DNA of 45,630 nucleotides from an uncultured bacterium (GTDB lineage: Bacteria > JAGOEH01), in contig CAZWDO010000001.1 in the NCBI GenBank assembly GCA_964632485.1, positions 248,001 to 293,630 on the forward strand, in the 5' to 3' direction. How positions within the stretch are numbered: position 1 is the stretch's first letter; each line of letters opens with the position of its first letter. Of the stretch, positions 17,181 to 26,613 are shown piece by piece. A program made the position numbers and the translations under genes. The notes below the pieces were generated by a model that was not told the origin of the DNA, searched no databases, and saw only the letters and a list, made by a program, of their open reading frames with translations.

Positions 17181-18029
17181 ATGTCCCGCCAATATTTCAC
17201 ACTTATTGCCGGGTTGCCTGACATTCTGATTGATGAAGCCAAGATGGCGCTGACAGCCAGCAGTTTCCGTGAAGAACTTGCCGGGCATCTCCACCCCGAT
17301 GACTATCAACTCATTGAGTTGTTTTCGCTTCCCATTGATCAGGAAAATATTATCAATATTCTGCAGCGTAATGACAAACCATTTTTCCAGGGTGGTATCT
17401 ACACTGAAGAAGTACTGCTTGATGCTATAAAGGAATATCAAAATTTACCTCACTACATGCTTACGTTTATCAAAAATTTTCAGGAAGAGTACCGCCAATT
17501 TCCCCAGTTAAGCTTACCTGATGAATTTATGGTCATGTATTATGATTATTTAAAAGCAAATAGTAATCCCTTTATACGAGCCTGGGCTGAATTCGATCAA
17601 AATTTGCGTAATCTGCTAATCGGTCTGAATAGCCGGAAATTTGGTTTCAAGGCGGAAAACTATCTATTAACTGACTCACTGGTTACAGATGAAATCCTTA
17701 AAAGCAACGCCCCCGATTTCAACCTTTCACGGGAATATCCGGTAGTTGACGAGTTATTGCGGATTTTTGAAAATGCTAATCTGCTCGAACGAGAAAAAGG
17801 GATCGATTTACTTCGCTGGGATTTTCTGGATGAATCGACCTTTTTTTATTATTTCACGATTGAACGTGTGATCGCTTATTGGATCAAACTAAATATTGTT
17901 GAACGTTGGTTAAAACTGGATAATGAAAAAGGCGAGAAACTCTTTAGTAAATTACTCGGAGAGTTGGAAAACTCGTTTACTTTTTCAGAAGAGTTTGCCA
18001 TAAACGGAGGGAGAAAGAATGCCAACTAA
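17181..18029 (+). CDS. DUF2764-family V-ATPase-associated protein (subunit C-like)
   Basis: Y..LIAGLP N-terminus, ERE..ID..RW, RW..LD...G; lies between E and A as in Bacteroidota/Chlamydia operons. Confidence 0.8.
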   Translation: MSRQYFTLIAGLPDILIDEAKMALTASSFREELAGHLHPDDYQLIELFSLPIDQENIINILQRNDKPFFQGGIYTEEVLLDAIKEYQNLPHYMLTFIKNFQEEYRQFPQLSLPDEFMVMYYDYLKANSNPFIRAWAEFDQNLRNLLIGLNSRKFGFKAENYLLTDSLVTDEILKSNAPDFNLSREYPVVDELLRIFENANLLEREKGIDLLRWDFLDESTFFYYFTIERVIAYWIKLNIVERWLKLDNEKGEKLFSKLLGELENSFTFSEEFAINGGRKNAN

Positions 18030-19776
18030 AGGCCAAGTCCAGGGCATTATCGCCAACCTGGTCATTGTAGAGGTTGATGGACCGGTTTCCCAAAATGAAA
18101 TATGTTACATCGACCTTCAAGGCGTCAAATTAATGGCAGAAGTCATTAAAATCATGGGAAAGAATGCCTTTGTTCAGGTTTTTGAAAGCACTCGAGGGTT
18201 GAAAGTGGGCGATCGCGCCGAATTTGCCGGACACATGCTGGAAGTAACCTTAGGTCCCGGGATGTTATCCCACAATTACGACGGATTGCAAAATGATTTA
18301 GACAAGATGCAGCATATTTTTCTGCAGCGCGGCGAGTACACCTATCCACTCGATGATACCCGGCATTGGGCCTTCACCCCTTTAGTTAAAAAGGGCGAAA
18401 TCGTGCAAGCCGGCGACTGGCTGGGTGAGGTCAAAGAAAGTTGGATCAACCATAAAATTTTAGTTCCATTCAAACTTGATGGAAAATTGACGATCATTTC
18501 GATTGTTGATATCGATGAATATACAACCAATGATACGATTGCTATACTGGAAGATGAAAAAGGCGTTCAGCATTCCGTTACCATGACTCAGAAATGGCCG
18601 GTGAAGATTCCGATTAAAGCATTTCGCGAGAAACCGCGTCCATTCAAACTCATGGAAACAGGAATCCGAATCATCGACACTCTTAATCCGATGGTTGAAG
18701 GAGGAACAGGATTTATCCCGGGACCATTTGGTTGCGGAAAAACCGTTTTGCAGCACAGTTTATCAAAACACGCCGAAGCGGATTTGATTATTGTCGCAGC
18801 TTGCGGTGAACGCGCCAATGAAGTTGTCGAACTTTTCACCGAGTTTCCCGAACTGGATGATCCGCGTACCGGACGGAAATTGATGGAACGAACCATCATC
18901 ATTTGTAACACATCGAACATGCCCGTAGCGGCGCGTGAAGCGTCCGTCTATACGGCTATGACACTGGCCGAATATTATCGCAGCATGGGGTTGCGCGTAT
19001 TACTGCTGGCTGACTCTACCTCCCGTTGGGCCCAAGCCTTACGCGAGATGTCCAACCGTATGGAAGAACTCCCCGGTCCGGATGCTTTTCCGATGGATTT
19101 ACCAGCAATTGTATCCAACTTCTATGCCCGCGCCGGATTTGTTTTCCTAAATAACGGCAACACCGGCTCAATCACTTTCATCGGCACGGTATCTCCCGCC
19201 GGCGGCAACTTGAAGGAACCGGTAACGGAATCCACCAAAAAGGCGGCCCGTTGCTTTTATGCCCTTTCTCAACAACGCGCCGACAGTAAACGCTATCCGG
19301 CCGTCGATCCCATTGACAGCTATTCTAAATATCTTGAATACGACGAAGTACGCGACTATCTGAACACGCATATATCCCCTACTTGGGTCGAGGATGTGCT
19401 GATTGCGAAAGATATTCTGCTGCGTGGCAAAGAAACCTTTGAACAGATCAACATCCTGGGCGACGACGGTGTTCCGATCGATTACCATGTACGCTACTGG
19501 AAATCAGAAGTGATCGATTTCGTCATTCTGCAACAGGATGGATTTGATAAAATTGATCAATCTACCGCGATGGAACGGCAAAAATACATGTTGGAACGAG
19601 TGCTTGGCGTTTGCCGCCATAATTATCACTTCGAAAATTTTGAAGAAGTTGGTAATTATTTTAAACGAATTATTAACCTTTTTAAACAAATGAACTATAG
19701 CGAGTTAAAATCGGATAACTTCACTCAAAACGAGTATGAACTCAATCAAGCGATTGCGGAAAGGAAGGTTAAATAA
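18019..19776 (+). CDS. ntpA: V-type ATP synthase subunit A
   Basis: P-loop GPFGCGKT, CGERANE, NTSNMPVAAREAS, DSTSRWAQALRE. Confidence 0.97.
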   Translation: MPTKGQVQGIIANLVIVEVDGPVSQNEICYIDLQGVKLMAEVIKIMGKNAFVQVFESTRGLKVGDRAEFAGHMLEVTLGPGMLSHNYDGLQNDLDKMQHIFLQRGEYTYPLDDTRHWAFTPLVKKGEIVQAGDWLGEVKESWINHKILVPFKLDGKLTIISIVDIDEYTTNDTIAILEDEKGVQHSVTMTQKWPVKIPIKAFREKPRPFKLMETGIRIIDTLNPMVEGGTGFIPGPFGCGKTVLQHSLSKHAEADLIIVAACGERANEVVELFTEFPELDDPRTGRKLMERTIIICNTSNMPVAAREASVYTAMTLAEYYRSMGLRVLLLADSTSRWAQALREMSNRMEELPGPDAFPMDLPAIVSNFYARAGFVFLNNGNTGSITFIGTVSPAGGNLKEPVTESTKKAARCFYALSQQRADSKRYPAVDPIDSYSKYLEYDEVRDYLNTHISPTWVEDVLIAKDILLRGKETFEQINILGDDGVPIDYHVRYWKSEVIDFVILQQDGFDKIDQSTAMERQKYMLERVLGVCRHNYHFENFEEVGNYFKRIINLFKQMNYSELKSDNFTQNEYELNQAIAERKVK

Positions 19777-21101
19777 TGGTTACCAAAGCCTTTCAACGCA
19801 TATATTCAAAAATCACCCAAGTGACAAAGGCCACATGTTCGCTGCAGGCGACCGGCATTGGCTATGAAGAAATGGCGTTAGTGCAGGGACGACTGGCGCA
19901 AGTAGTCAAAATAACTGGAGAGACTGTTACACTGCAGATTTTTTCCGGCACTGAAGGGATCGCTACCAATGGAGAAGTCGTTTTTCTAGGGAAACCGCCG
20001 GTATTAAAGGTCAGTGATGAACTGGCCGGACGTTTCTTCAACGCTTACGGGGATTCAATTGACAACGGTCCCGAAATCGAAGGTGAAGAACGCGAAATCG
20101 GCGGCCCATCGGTCAATCCCGTCCGGCGCAAACAACCATCGGAACTGATCGCAACCGGTATTGCCGGGATTGATATGAACAATACCCTGGTAACGGGGCA
20201 AAAAATCCCGTTCTTTGCCGATCCGGATCAGCCTTTTAATCAGGTAATGGCCATGGTGGCGCTCCGCGCCCAGGCCGATAAGATTATCCTGGGAGGAATG
20301 GGACTTTCCAATGATGATTATCTCTTTTATAAAAATGCCTTTGATAATGCGGGCGCTTTGGATCGTATCATCAGCTTCGTTAATACGACCGATGATCCAC
20401 CCGTCGAACGCTTGCTGGTGCCAAATATGGCGCTGACCGCCGCGGAATACTTCGCCGTCGATAAAAACGAAAAAGTCCTGGTTCTGCTGACTGATATGAC
20501 ACTCTATTGCGATGCACTCAGTATCGTTTCCAACCGCATGGACCAGATTCCATCCAAAGATAGTATGCCGGGCTCCCTCTATAGCGATCTGGCGAGAATC
20601 TACGAAAAGGCCGTGCAATTCCCCAGCGGCGGCTCGATCACCATTATCGCGGTAACCACCTTATCCGGCGGAGATATTACCCACGCGATTCCGGACAATA
20701 CCGGATATATCACCGAAGGACAGCTTTTCCTGCGACGCGATACTGATATTGGTAAGGTTATCATTGATCCGTTCAGAAGTTTATCGCGATTGAAGCAGTT
20801 AGTGATCGGCAAAAAAACCCGCGCTGATCATCCCCAGGTGATGAATGCCGCCATCCGGCTTTATGCGGATGCCGCCAATGCGCGCACAAAACAGGAAAAT
20901 GGGTTTGATCTGACCGCTTGTGATGAACGCGCCTTGAAGTTTTCTCATGATTACTCGGAAAGTTTGCTGGCCATTGATATTAACATCGAAATTGATCGCA
21001 TGTTAGATACTGCCTGGCAGCTTTTTAAAAAGTACTTCAGCAAAGACGAAGTGGCAATCAAACGTGAATTTGTCGAAAAATACTGGCCGCAAGACGAATA
21101 A
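19776..21101 (+). CDS. ntpB: V-type ATP synthase subunit B
   Basis: GQKIPFF, LLTDMT, PGSLYSDLA..YE, PDNTGYITEGQ, SLSRL. Confidence 0.97.
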   Translation: MVTKAFQRIYSKITQVTKATCSLQATGIGYEEMALVQGRLAQVVKITGETVTLQIFSGTEGIATNGEVVFLGKPPVLKVSDELAGRFFNAYGDSIDNGPEIEGEEREIGGPSVNPVRRKQPSELIATGIAGIDMNNTLVTGQKIPFFADPDQPFNQVMAMVALRAQADKIILGGMGLSNDDYLFYKNAFDNAGALDRIISFVNTTDDPPVERLLVPNMALTAAEYFAVDKNEKVLVLLTDMTLYCDALSIVSNRMDQIPSKDSMPGSLYSDLARIYEKAVQFPSGGSITIIAVTTLSGGDITHAIPDNTGYITEGQLFLRRDTDIGKVIIDPFRSLSRLKQLVIGKKTRADHPQVMNAAIRLYADAANARTKQENGFDLTACDERALKFSHDYSESLLAIDINIEIDRMLDTAWQLFKKYFSKDEVAIKREFVEKYWPQDE

Positions 21102-21117
21102 TGGAGGGGGCTGACCC

Positions 21118-21720
21118 ATGGCAATTAGGTTTCAATACAACAAGACATCCCTCCATGAACTGAACAAACAACTGAAAGTTCGTATCCGCGCGCTGCCGAC
21201 TCTGCAAAACAAAGAATCCGCTTTGCGCATGGAAGTTAAAAAGGCTAAACAAATAGCCGAACAGTTGGATGATAAACTGCAACAGCAGATCCGGCGCTAT
21301 GAAAGTTTTAAACGGCTTTGGTGCGAATTTGACGATCAATTGGTGAAAATTAAAGATGTCCATTTTACAACCAAAAAAATTGCCGGCATCAAAACACCGA
21401 TATTTGATAAGGTCGAATTTGAAATTGCTCCGTTCAGTCTTTTCTCAGCTGCTCCCTGGTTCATGGAAGGAATCACAATCATTCAGGAACTGGCGCAAAT
21501 GGCGCTGGAACGTGATTTTTTTCTGCAAAAAATGAAACTGTTAGATTATGCCCGTCGAAAAACGACTCAAAAAGTGAATCTTTACGAAAAAGTTCAAATA
21601 CCGGGCTATGACGATGCCATTCGTAAAATCAAACGATTTCTGGAAGATGAAGACAATCTCTCCAAATCCGCGCAAAAAATTGTCAAAAACAAAATCCAAC
21701 AACTGGAGGCGGCATCATGA
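21118..21720 (+). CDS. ntpD: V-type ATP synthase subunit D
   Basis: LPTL..KE..LR and RKTTQKVNLYEKVQIP motifs; operon position. Confidence 0.93.
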   Translation: MAIRFQYNKTSLHELNKQLKVRIRALPTLQNKESALRMEVKKAKQIAEQLDDKLQQQIRRYESFKRLWCEFDDQLVKIKDVHFTTKKIAGIKTPIFDKVEFEIAPFSLFSAAPWFMEGITIIQELAQMALERDFFLQKMKLLDYARRKTTQKVNLYEKVQIPGYDDAIRKIKRFLEDEDNLSKSAQKIVKNKIQQLEAAS

Positions 21721-23501
21721 TCATTCCCATGAAAAAAGTCTCGCTAATTATCTATCATGCGGATTATCAATCTTTCCTTCAAGACCTCCAGACAATGGGA
21801 ATCTTACACGTAGAAACCCAAGAAAGCGCTTTAAATCCGGAAACGCATGAACTTTTATCCCAAATTCAACAATTACGACAGGTTAACCGCTTTTTAGAAC
21901 GAATAACCCCAGCCGATTCTTCAATCCCTCAAAGCGAACCCGCCGAACCTCCGGATATTCTCCAGCAAATTCAACAAAAACAGATAGAGCTGGAACGCGC
22001 CACTCAAAAAAAGACTGTTCTTGAAAAAGAAGTTACAAATCTGACTCCCTGGGGAGATTTTTCTCCTGAGCGCTTTAATCAATTAAAGGAGCTTCAGCTT
22101 AAAATCCGTTTTTTCAGTTGTAATGAGAAAAAATTTGATCCCGAATGGTCCTCCCAGTATCCGATTGAGATCATCGGGAGCAGTGGCAATCAACTCAATT
22201 TTGTGTTAATCCACCCCGAGGATCAGCAGATAACGCTTCCGGTAGATGAAATTAAAGCGCCGGAGCGGTCAATAAAAACCGCCCTGAATGATCTGGATAT
22301 CGTTAAAAATAAGATTCAGGCCATTCAGGAATTCTTTAATCGGTGTGCCCGTGATTATTTACAATTACTCAGAGATTATCTGAAACTGCTGGAATCCCGG
22401 ATGGTGTATAAACAGGTGGAAATCAGCGCGAATGCAGCGGCGGAAAATCATGTCATGGTGCTGGCAGGATGGATTCCGGCGAATAAATTGAGGGATATGG
22501 AATCGTTCCTGAGCGAACGCGATATTGTTTACCTGATTACAAATGTCGAGCCCGGCGAAAATCCACCGATCCAACTTAAAAACAATTCATTCAGCCGCTT
22601 GTTCGAACCCATTGGCAAGCTTTTTTCTTTGCCCAATTATATGGAACAGGATTTAACCGCGTCATTCGCTCCATTTTTCACTTTATTTTTTGGATTTTGT
22701 CTTGGTGATGCCGGCTATGGTCTGCTAATCCTTCTTGCAACAACGGCATTCAAATTTGTTCCCCAGGCCGGAAATTTCAAACCATTTCTGAGTCTGGGAC
22801 AGATACTGGCGCTGGCTACAATCGCCTTCGGTTTAATTACAGGAACCGTATTCGGAGTCAACCTGGCCGAAGTCGAGTTTCTGGATCCGACATTAAGAGC
22901 GAAGTTCCTTACCCAGGACAGTATATTTCAATTGGCGCTGATCATTGGAGTGATACAAATCGCTGTCGGAATGGTCTTCCAGATCATCAACCGATCACGG
23001 CAATTCGGATTTAAATATGCAATTCCCATCATTGGGTGGTTGCTGATTATTTTTGCCCTGCCGTTTTTCATGACCAACATCGCGCCCTTAGTGGCAAAGG
23101 GATTATTAGCGATCGGAGGATTATTGGCCCTATCGACCCTGATCTGGGATCCAGCGCCAATCATGCCCAATCCCGTCGCGAATGGCGTATTTGTCATTTA
23201 CAGCACGGTGACCGGCTTTTTCGGCGATGTGTTATCCTATATCCGCTTGTTCGCCCTAGGGGTTTCCAGTGGAATTTTAGGACTGGTCATCAACAGCATC
23301 GGCAGCCAGATGTTTTTAAAAATTCCGCTAGTGGGTCCCGTTATATTTGCCATCTTCCTGGTAATCGGCCATATCGGAAATCTGTTGCTCTCTTCGTTGG
23401 GATCATTCGTCCATCCCATGCGTCTTACATTTGTAGAATTTTATAAAAATGCAGGTTTTGCCGGGGGTGGGAAACCCTATACCCCATTTGCTCATAAGTA
23501 A
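21717..23501 (+). CDS. ntpI: V-type ATP synthase subunit I (a)
   Basis: PM.KV, GW.P, P.Y.E.D, FFG.C.GDAGYG, D.LSY.RL.ALG, H..RL.FVEF. Confidence 0.96.
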   Translation: MIIPMKKVSLIIYHADYQSFLQDLQTMGILHVETQESALNPETHELLSQIQQLRQVNRFLERITPADSSIPQSEPAEPPDILQQIQQKQIELERATQKKTVLEKEVTNLTPWGDFSPERFNQLKELQLKIRFFSCNEKKFDPEWSSQYPIEIIGSSGNQLNFVLIHPEDQQITLPVDEIKAPERSIKTALNDLDIVKNKIQAIQEFFNRCARDYLQLLRDYLKLLESRMVYKQVEISANAAAENHVMVLAGWIPANKLRDMESFLSERDIVYLITNVEPGENPPIQLKNNSFSRLFEPIGKLFSLPNYMEQDLTASFAPFFTLFFGFCLGDAGYGLLILLATTAFKFVPQAGNFKPFLSLGQILALATIAFGLITGTVFGVNLAEVEFLDPTLRAKFLTQDSIFQLALIIGVIQIAVGMVFQIINRSRQFGFKYAIPIIGWLLIIFALPFFMTNIAPLVAKGLLAIGGLLALSTLIWDPAPIMPNPVANGVFVIYSTVTGFFGDVLSYIRLFALGVSSGILGLVINSIGSQMFLKIPLVGPVIFAIFLVIGHIGNLLLSSLGSFVHPMRLTFVEFYKNAGFAGGGKPYTPFAHK

Positions 23502-23975
<474 letters not shown>

Positions 23976-23989
23976 ACGCGGCTTAAAAT

Positions 23990-24025
23990 AAAAAAAGCGG
24001 TGTACAGATACACCGCTTTTTTTTT
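23990..24025. terminator. bidirectional intrinsic terminator between the V-ATPase operon and tRNA-Gly
   Basis: AAAAAAAGCGGTGTA-CAGA-TACACCGCTTTTTTTTT: GC-rich stem flanked by A and T tracts, between convergent genes. Confidence 0.9.
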
Positions 24026-24098
24026 AGCGAGCGACGGGATTCGAACCCGCGACTTTCAGCTTGGGAAGCTGACATTCTACCAGCTGAATTACGCTCGC
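24026..24098 (-). tRNA. tRNA-Gly (CCC), CCA not encoded
   Basis: Reverse complement GCGAGCGTAATTCAGCTGGTAGAATGTCAGCTTCCCAAGCTGAAAGTCGCGGGTTCGAATCCCGTCGCTCGCT folds as a cloverleaf: GCGAGCG/CGCTCGC acceptor, CCC anticodon, TTCGAAT T-loop, U discriminator. Confidence 0.96.
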
Positions 24099-24107
24099 AT
24101 TAGTTAT

Positions 24108-24135
24108 AATATAACTTCTTTTTTTAAAATGTCAA
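24108..24135 (-). promoter_or_regulatory. sigma70-type promoter of tRNA-Gly
   Basis: Minus strand TTGACA (24135-24130), 16-bp spacer, TATATT (24113-24108), just upstream of the tRNA. Confidence 0.55.
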
Positions 24136-24215
24136 TATTTTTTTTCAAAAGTCGGCAAAGAATCGACTTACCGAATGATTAGCGACGGATAGCCCCAAAA
24201 CCGAAAAGGAACCGC

Positions 24216-25421
24216 ATGAAGATTTTGACTTTATCCGCTCACCCGAGCGAATTTGAATTTGCCATAATTTCCACTTCTCACCACGAAACTTTAGTCTCAG
24301 GACGCGTCAAGGATATAGGTAACGATAATTCATACATAGAATTTGAAAAAAGCAACCAACCGCCAATTCGCATACGTAAAATTTTTTATGATTACAAAGA
24401 CTCCCTCAAAGAGCTGATGAAGTGGTTGACCGACGACCAGTATGGTGTTTTGACCAAAGTAGAAAATCTTAAGTGCATCGCCCACCGGGTAGTATTTTGC
24501 GCAAACTGCGAAACCAGTCCCATGCTGATAAATGCGCGCGTACTGAAAATAATTGAAGAGGGTATCGCTTTGGCGCCTCTGCACAACAATAGCAATCTTA
24601 TGCTGATCAAAGCAGCGCTCTCACTTTTCGAACTCCCCCAACTGGCGGTTTTCGATAACTATTTCTATCAAAGCCTGCTACCTGTCAATTATTTATATGC
24701 TCTGCCCCAATCCCTTAATGAACAGTACCATATCCGAAAATATGGATTCCACGGACTCCACCATCTTGAAAATCTACAAAAATCATGTCGATTGCTAAAC
24801 AAACCTCAAACTGAAATAAACCTGATCAGTTGCTGCATCGAAAGAGGAATATCGGTCGTGGCAATTAAAGACGGGATTGCCATCGATACAAATTGCGGTT
24901 TTGGAACCTTTTCTGGTATCCCATCCATCGATCATGCCGGAGATTTCGATCCCGCCGTCATTCTTTATCTTTTAGAACAAAAACTTTTAGGTTTGGATGA
25001 TATAAAATATATGGTTTACCATCAATCAGGGATTAATGCTATCATCAAAAAGCAGATGACCTTTGATGAGTTAATTGAAACAAGTCTGCAGCAAAATGCA
25101 GAAGCGCTCTTCGCCCTGGATTATCTATGCTCACGTATCGCTAAATCTATCAGCGGGATGTTAATTAATTATTCAAGTCTCGATGCCATCTGTTTTTCAG
25201 GCATCAACGGCGCTAAATACCCATTATTAAGAGAACAAATTTGTAAAAAACTTTCGCTTTTTTCAGTATCACTGGATGGCAAGCTCAATGATAAAAATAA
25301 ACCGGATAGCATCATTTCTGATCGTGAATCTAAATATCCCATCTATCTGTTCCGAAACCAATTATTTCTAATGATGGCAAAAACGGTATCAACAGTATCG
25401 CTAAAAGCTGGTAGCCGCTGA
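24216..25421 (+). CDS. acetate kinase homologue (ASKHA fold) with degenerate active-site motifs
   Basis: Full length and colinear with AckA (MKIL, HRVV, APLHN, AVFD, YGFHG, GD.DP, SG), but several catalytic motifs are substituted. Confidence 0.85.
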   Translation: MKILTLSAHPSEFEFAIISTSHHETLVSGRVKDIGNDNSYIEFEKSNQPPIRIRKIFYDYKDSLKELMKWLTDDQYGVLTKVENLKCIAHRVVFCANCETSPMLINARVLKIIEEGIALAPLHNNSNLMLIKAALSLFELPQLAVFDNYFYQSLLPVNYLYALPQSLNEQYHIRKYGFHGLHHLENLQKSCRLLNKPQTEINLISCCIERGISVVAIKDGIAIDTNCGFGTFSGIPSIDHAGDFDPAVILYLLEQKLLGLDDIKYMVYHQSGINAIIKKQMTFDELIETSLQQNAEALFALDYLCSRIAKSISGMLINYSSLDAICFSGINGAKYPLLREQICKKLSLFSVSLDGKLNDKNKPDSIISDRESKYPIYLFRNQLFLMMAKTVSTVSLKAGSR

Positions 25422-25908
25422 AACGAATCAGCTATCAGGCATCCAGAACCAATACCGGTATTTTAACCAAAGATTTTCTGGACCCATAGACTTCAAGAGA
25501 ATATGTATGAATTATTATTTCCAGCTCAATCTTAAACCTGGGGATTAATGGATGAATCTCCCGGCACGGATTATTAAAATCACTCTTCAAATAAGCCACA
25601 ATACCATTTTTTCCTCAAGCCAACTTAAAATAAGACTCTGTTTCATAATGATCACTACCCTAATTGCTTCTCATATTTTTTCCGATGAACAATCAGTTAT
25701 AGATCCTGTAACAGGAAAAAATATAACCAGCGACTATCTCTACCAATGCGAAGCGGACTATTACAGTACCCGCGCAAGTCGCCGCTGCGGAAAATCCAGG
25801 TAAAACGATTTTCGGGAACCTCATACTTGGCGCTCCCGCAGCCGAATACTTCGAACCGACCGAAGAAGCCAACCGTTTCTCCGAAAAATTTATGTAAGGA
25901 TATATAAC

Positions 25909-26355
25909 TCAGGGTTGATACTCGAAAACTTCCTGAAAATGCTCGACGAAACGATAATTATCGATCTCAATGCGTACTATCGCAACTTCAGGAGAACTCA
26001 AAAAATCTTTCAAAGCAGGGTGCTTTTCAAGCAACAGCTCCCGATACTCACCAGCCAATTCTCCATGTAATTCAGCCGCAATTCCCCGAGCGCTAACCAC
26101 CATTGCCTGCTGAAAATCGGATTCCTGATTTTTTGAACTATGAATCAGCAGCGAAGCATTGGGATTGGACTGCAATTGCTGAAATTTGAGAGTGTTGCGA
26201 TCCGTGGCGATAATCAGGCGCTTGAGCGAGTCATCGGCACAAAAAGCCACCAAAAAAGTCTCCGGCTGCTGGTCATTAACGGTCGCCAGTACGGCCAGCT
26301 TCTGCTGTTGAAACAGCATTCTAATCTTCTCAGGGATCGAAGCGGAATTAATCAT
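25909..26355 (-). CDS. pyridoxamine 5'-phosphate oxidase-like FMN-binding split-barrel protein
   Basis: AVLATV...P....V.F, T...T.K...L..NP.ASL, A.G.A.EL pattern. Confidence 0.85.
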   Translation of the reverse strand: MINSASIPEKIRMLFQQQKLAVLATVNDQQPETFLVAFCADDSLKRLIIATDRNTLKFQQLQSNPNASLLIHSSKNQESDFQQAMVVSARGIAAELHGELAGEYRELLLEKHPALKDFLSSPEVAIVRIEIDNYRFVEHFQEVFEYQP

Positions 26356-26545
26356 CGTTTTTCCTTTCTTAATACATACTTTTTAAAATTTGCTCACACT
26401 ATCCATAATGCAACAACTCAAAATCCTTATAAAACTACGTAATCACGTCAACCTTTGTTTTATCTTATCACTATACTGGCGGTGAGGGCCGAAAATGTGC
26501 CCAAACAAATCAATTTGAAATAAATTCGAAATATTAATTTAAAAC

Positions 26546-26573
26546 TTGACAATTTTGTTATACCTTATATATT
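26546..26573 (+). promoter_or_regulatory. sigma70-type promoter for the 930-aa secreted protein
   Basis: TTGACA (26546-26551), 16-bp spacer, TATATT (26568-26573); AGGAG RBS before ATG 26614. Confidence 0.5.
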
Positions 26574-26613
26574 AATAATAAACAGATAAGAATACAATTA
26601 AGTTAGGAGCATC

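Noticed and set aside
20055..20618. 187-aa minus-strand ORF and the other short ORFs overlapping recognised genes (e.g. 16567-16995, 10990-11430, 12318-12707, 42260-42739)
   Set aside because: They overlap well-supported genes on the opposite strand or another frame and have no recognisable features.
24026..24098. tRNA-Gly as the integration site of the right-hand accessory region
   Set aside because: Its 3' end faces the V-ATPase terminator, away from the region; no duplicated 3' end or integrase was seen.
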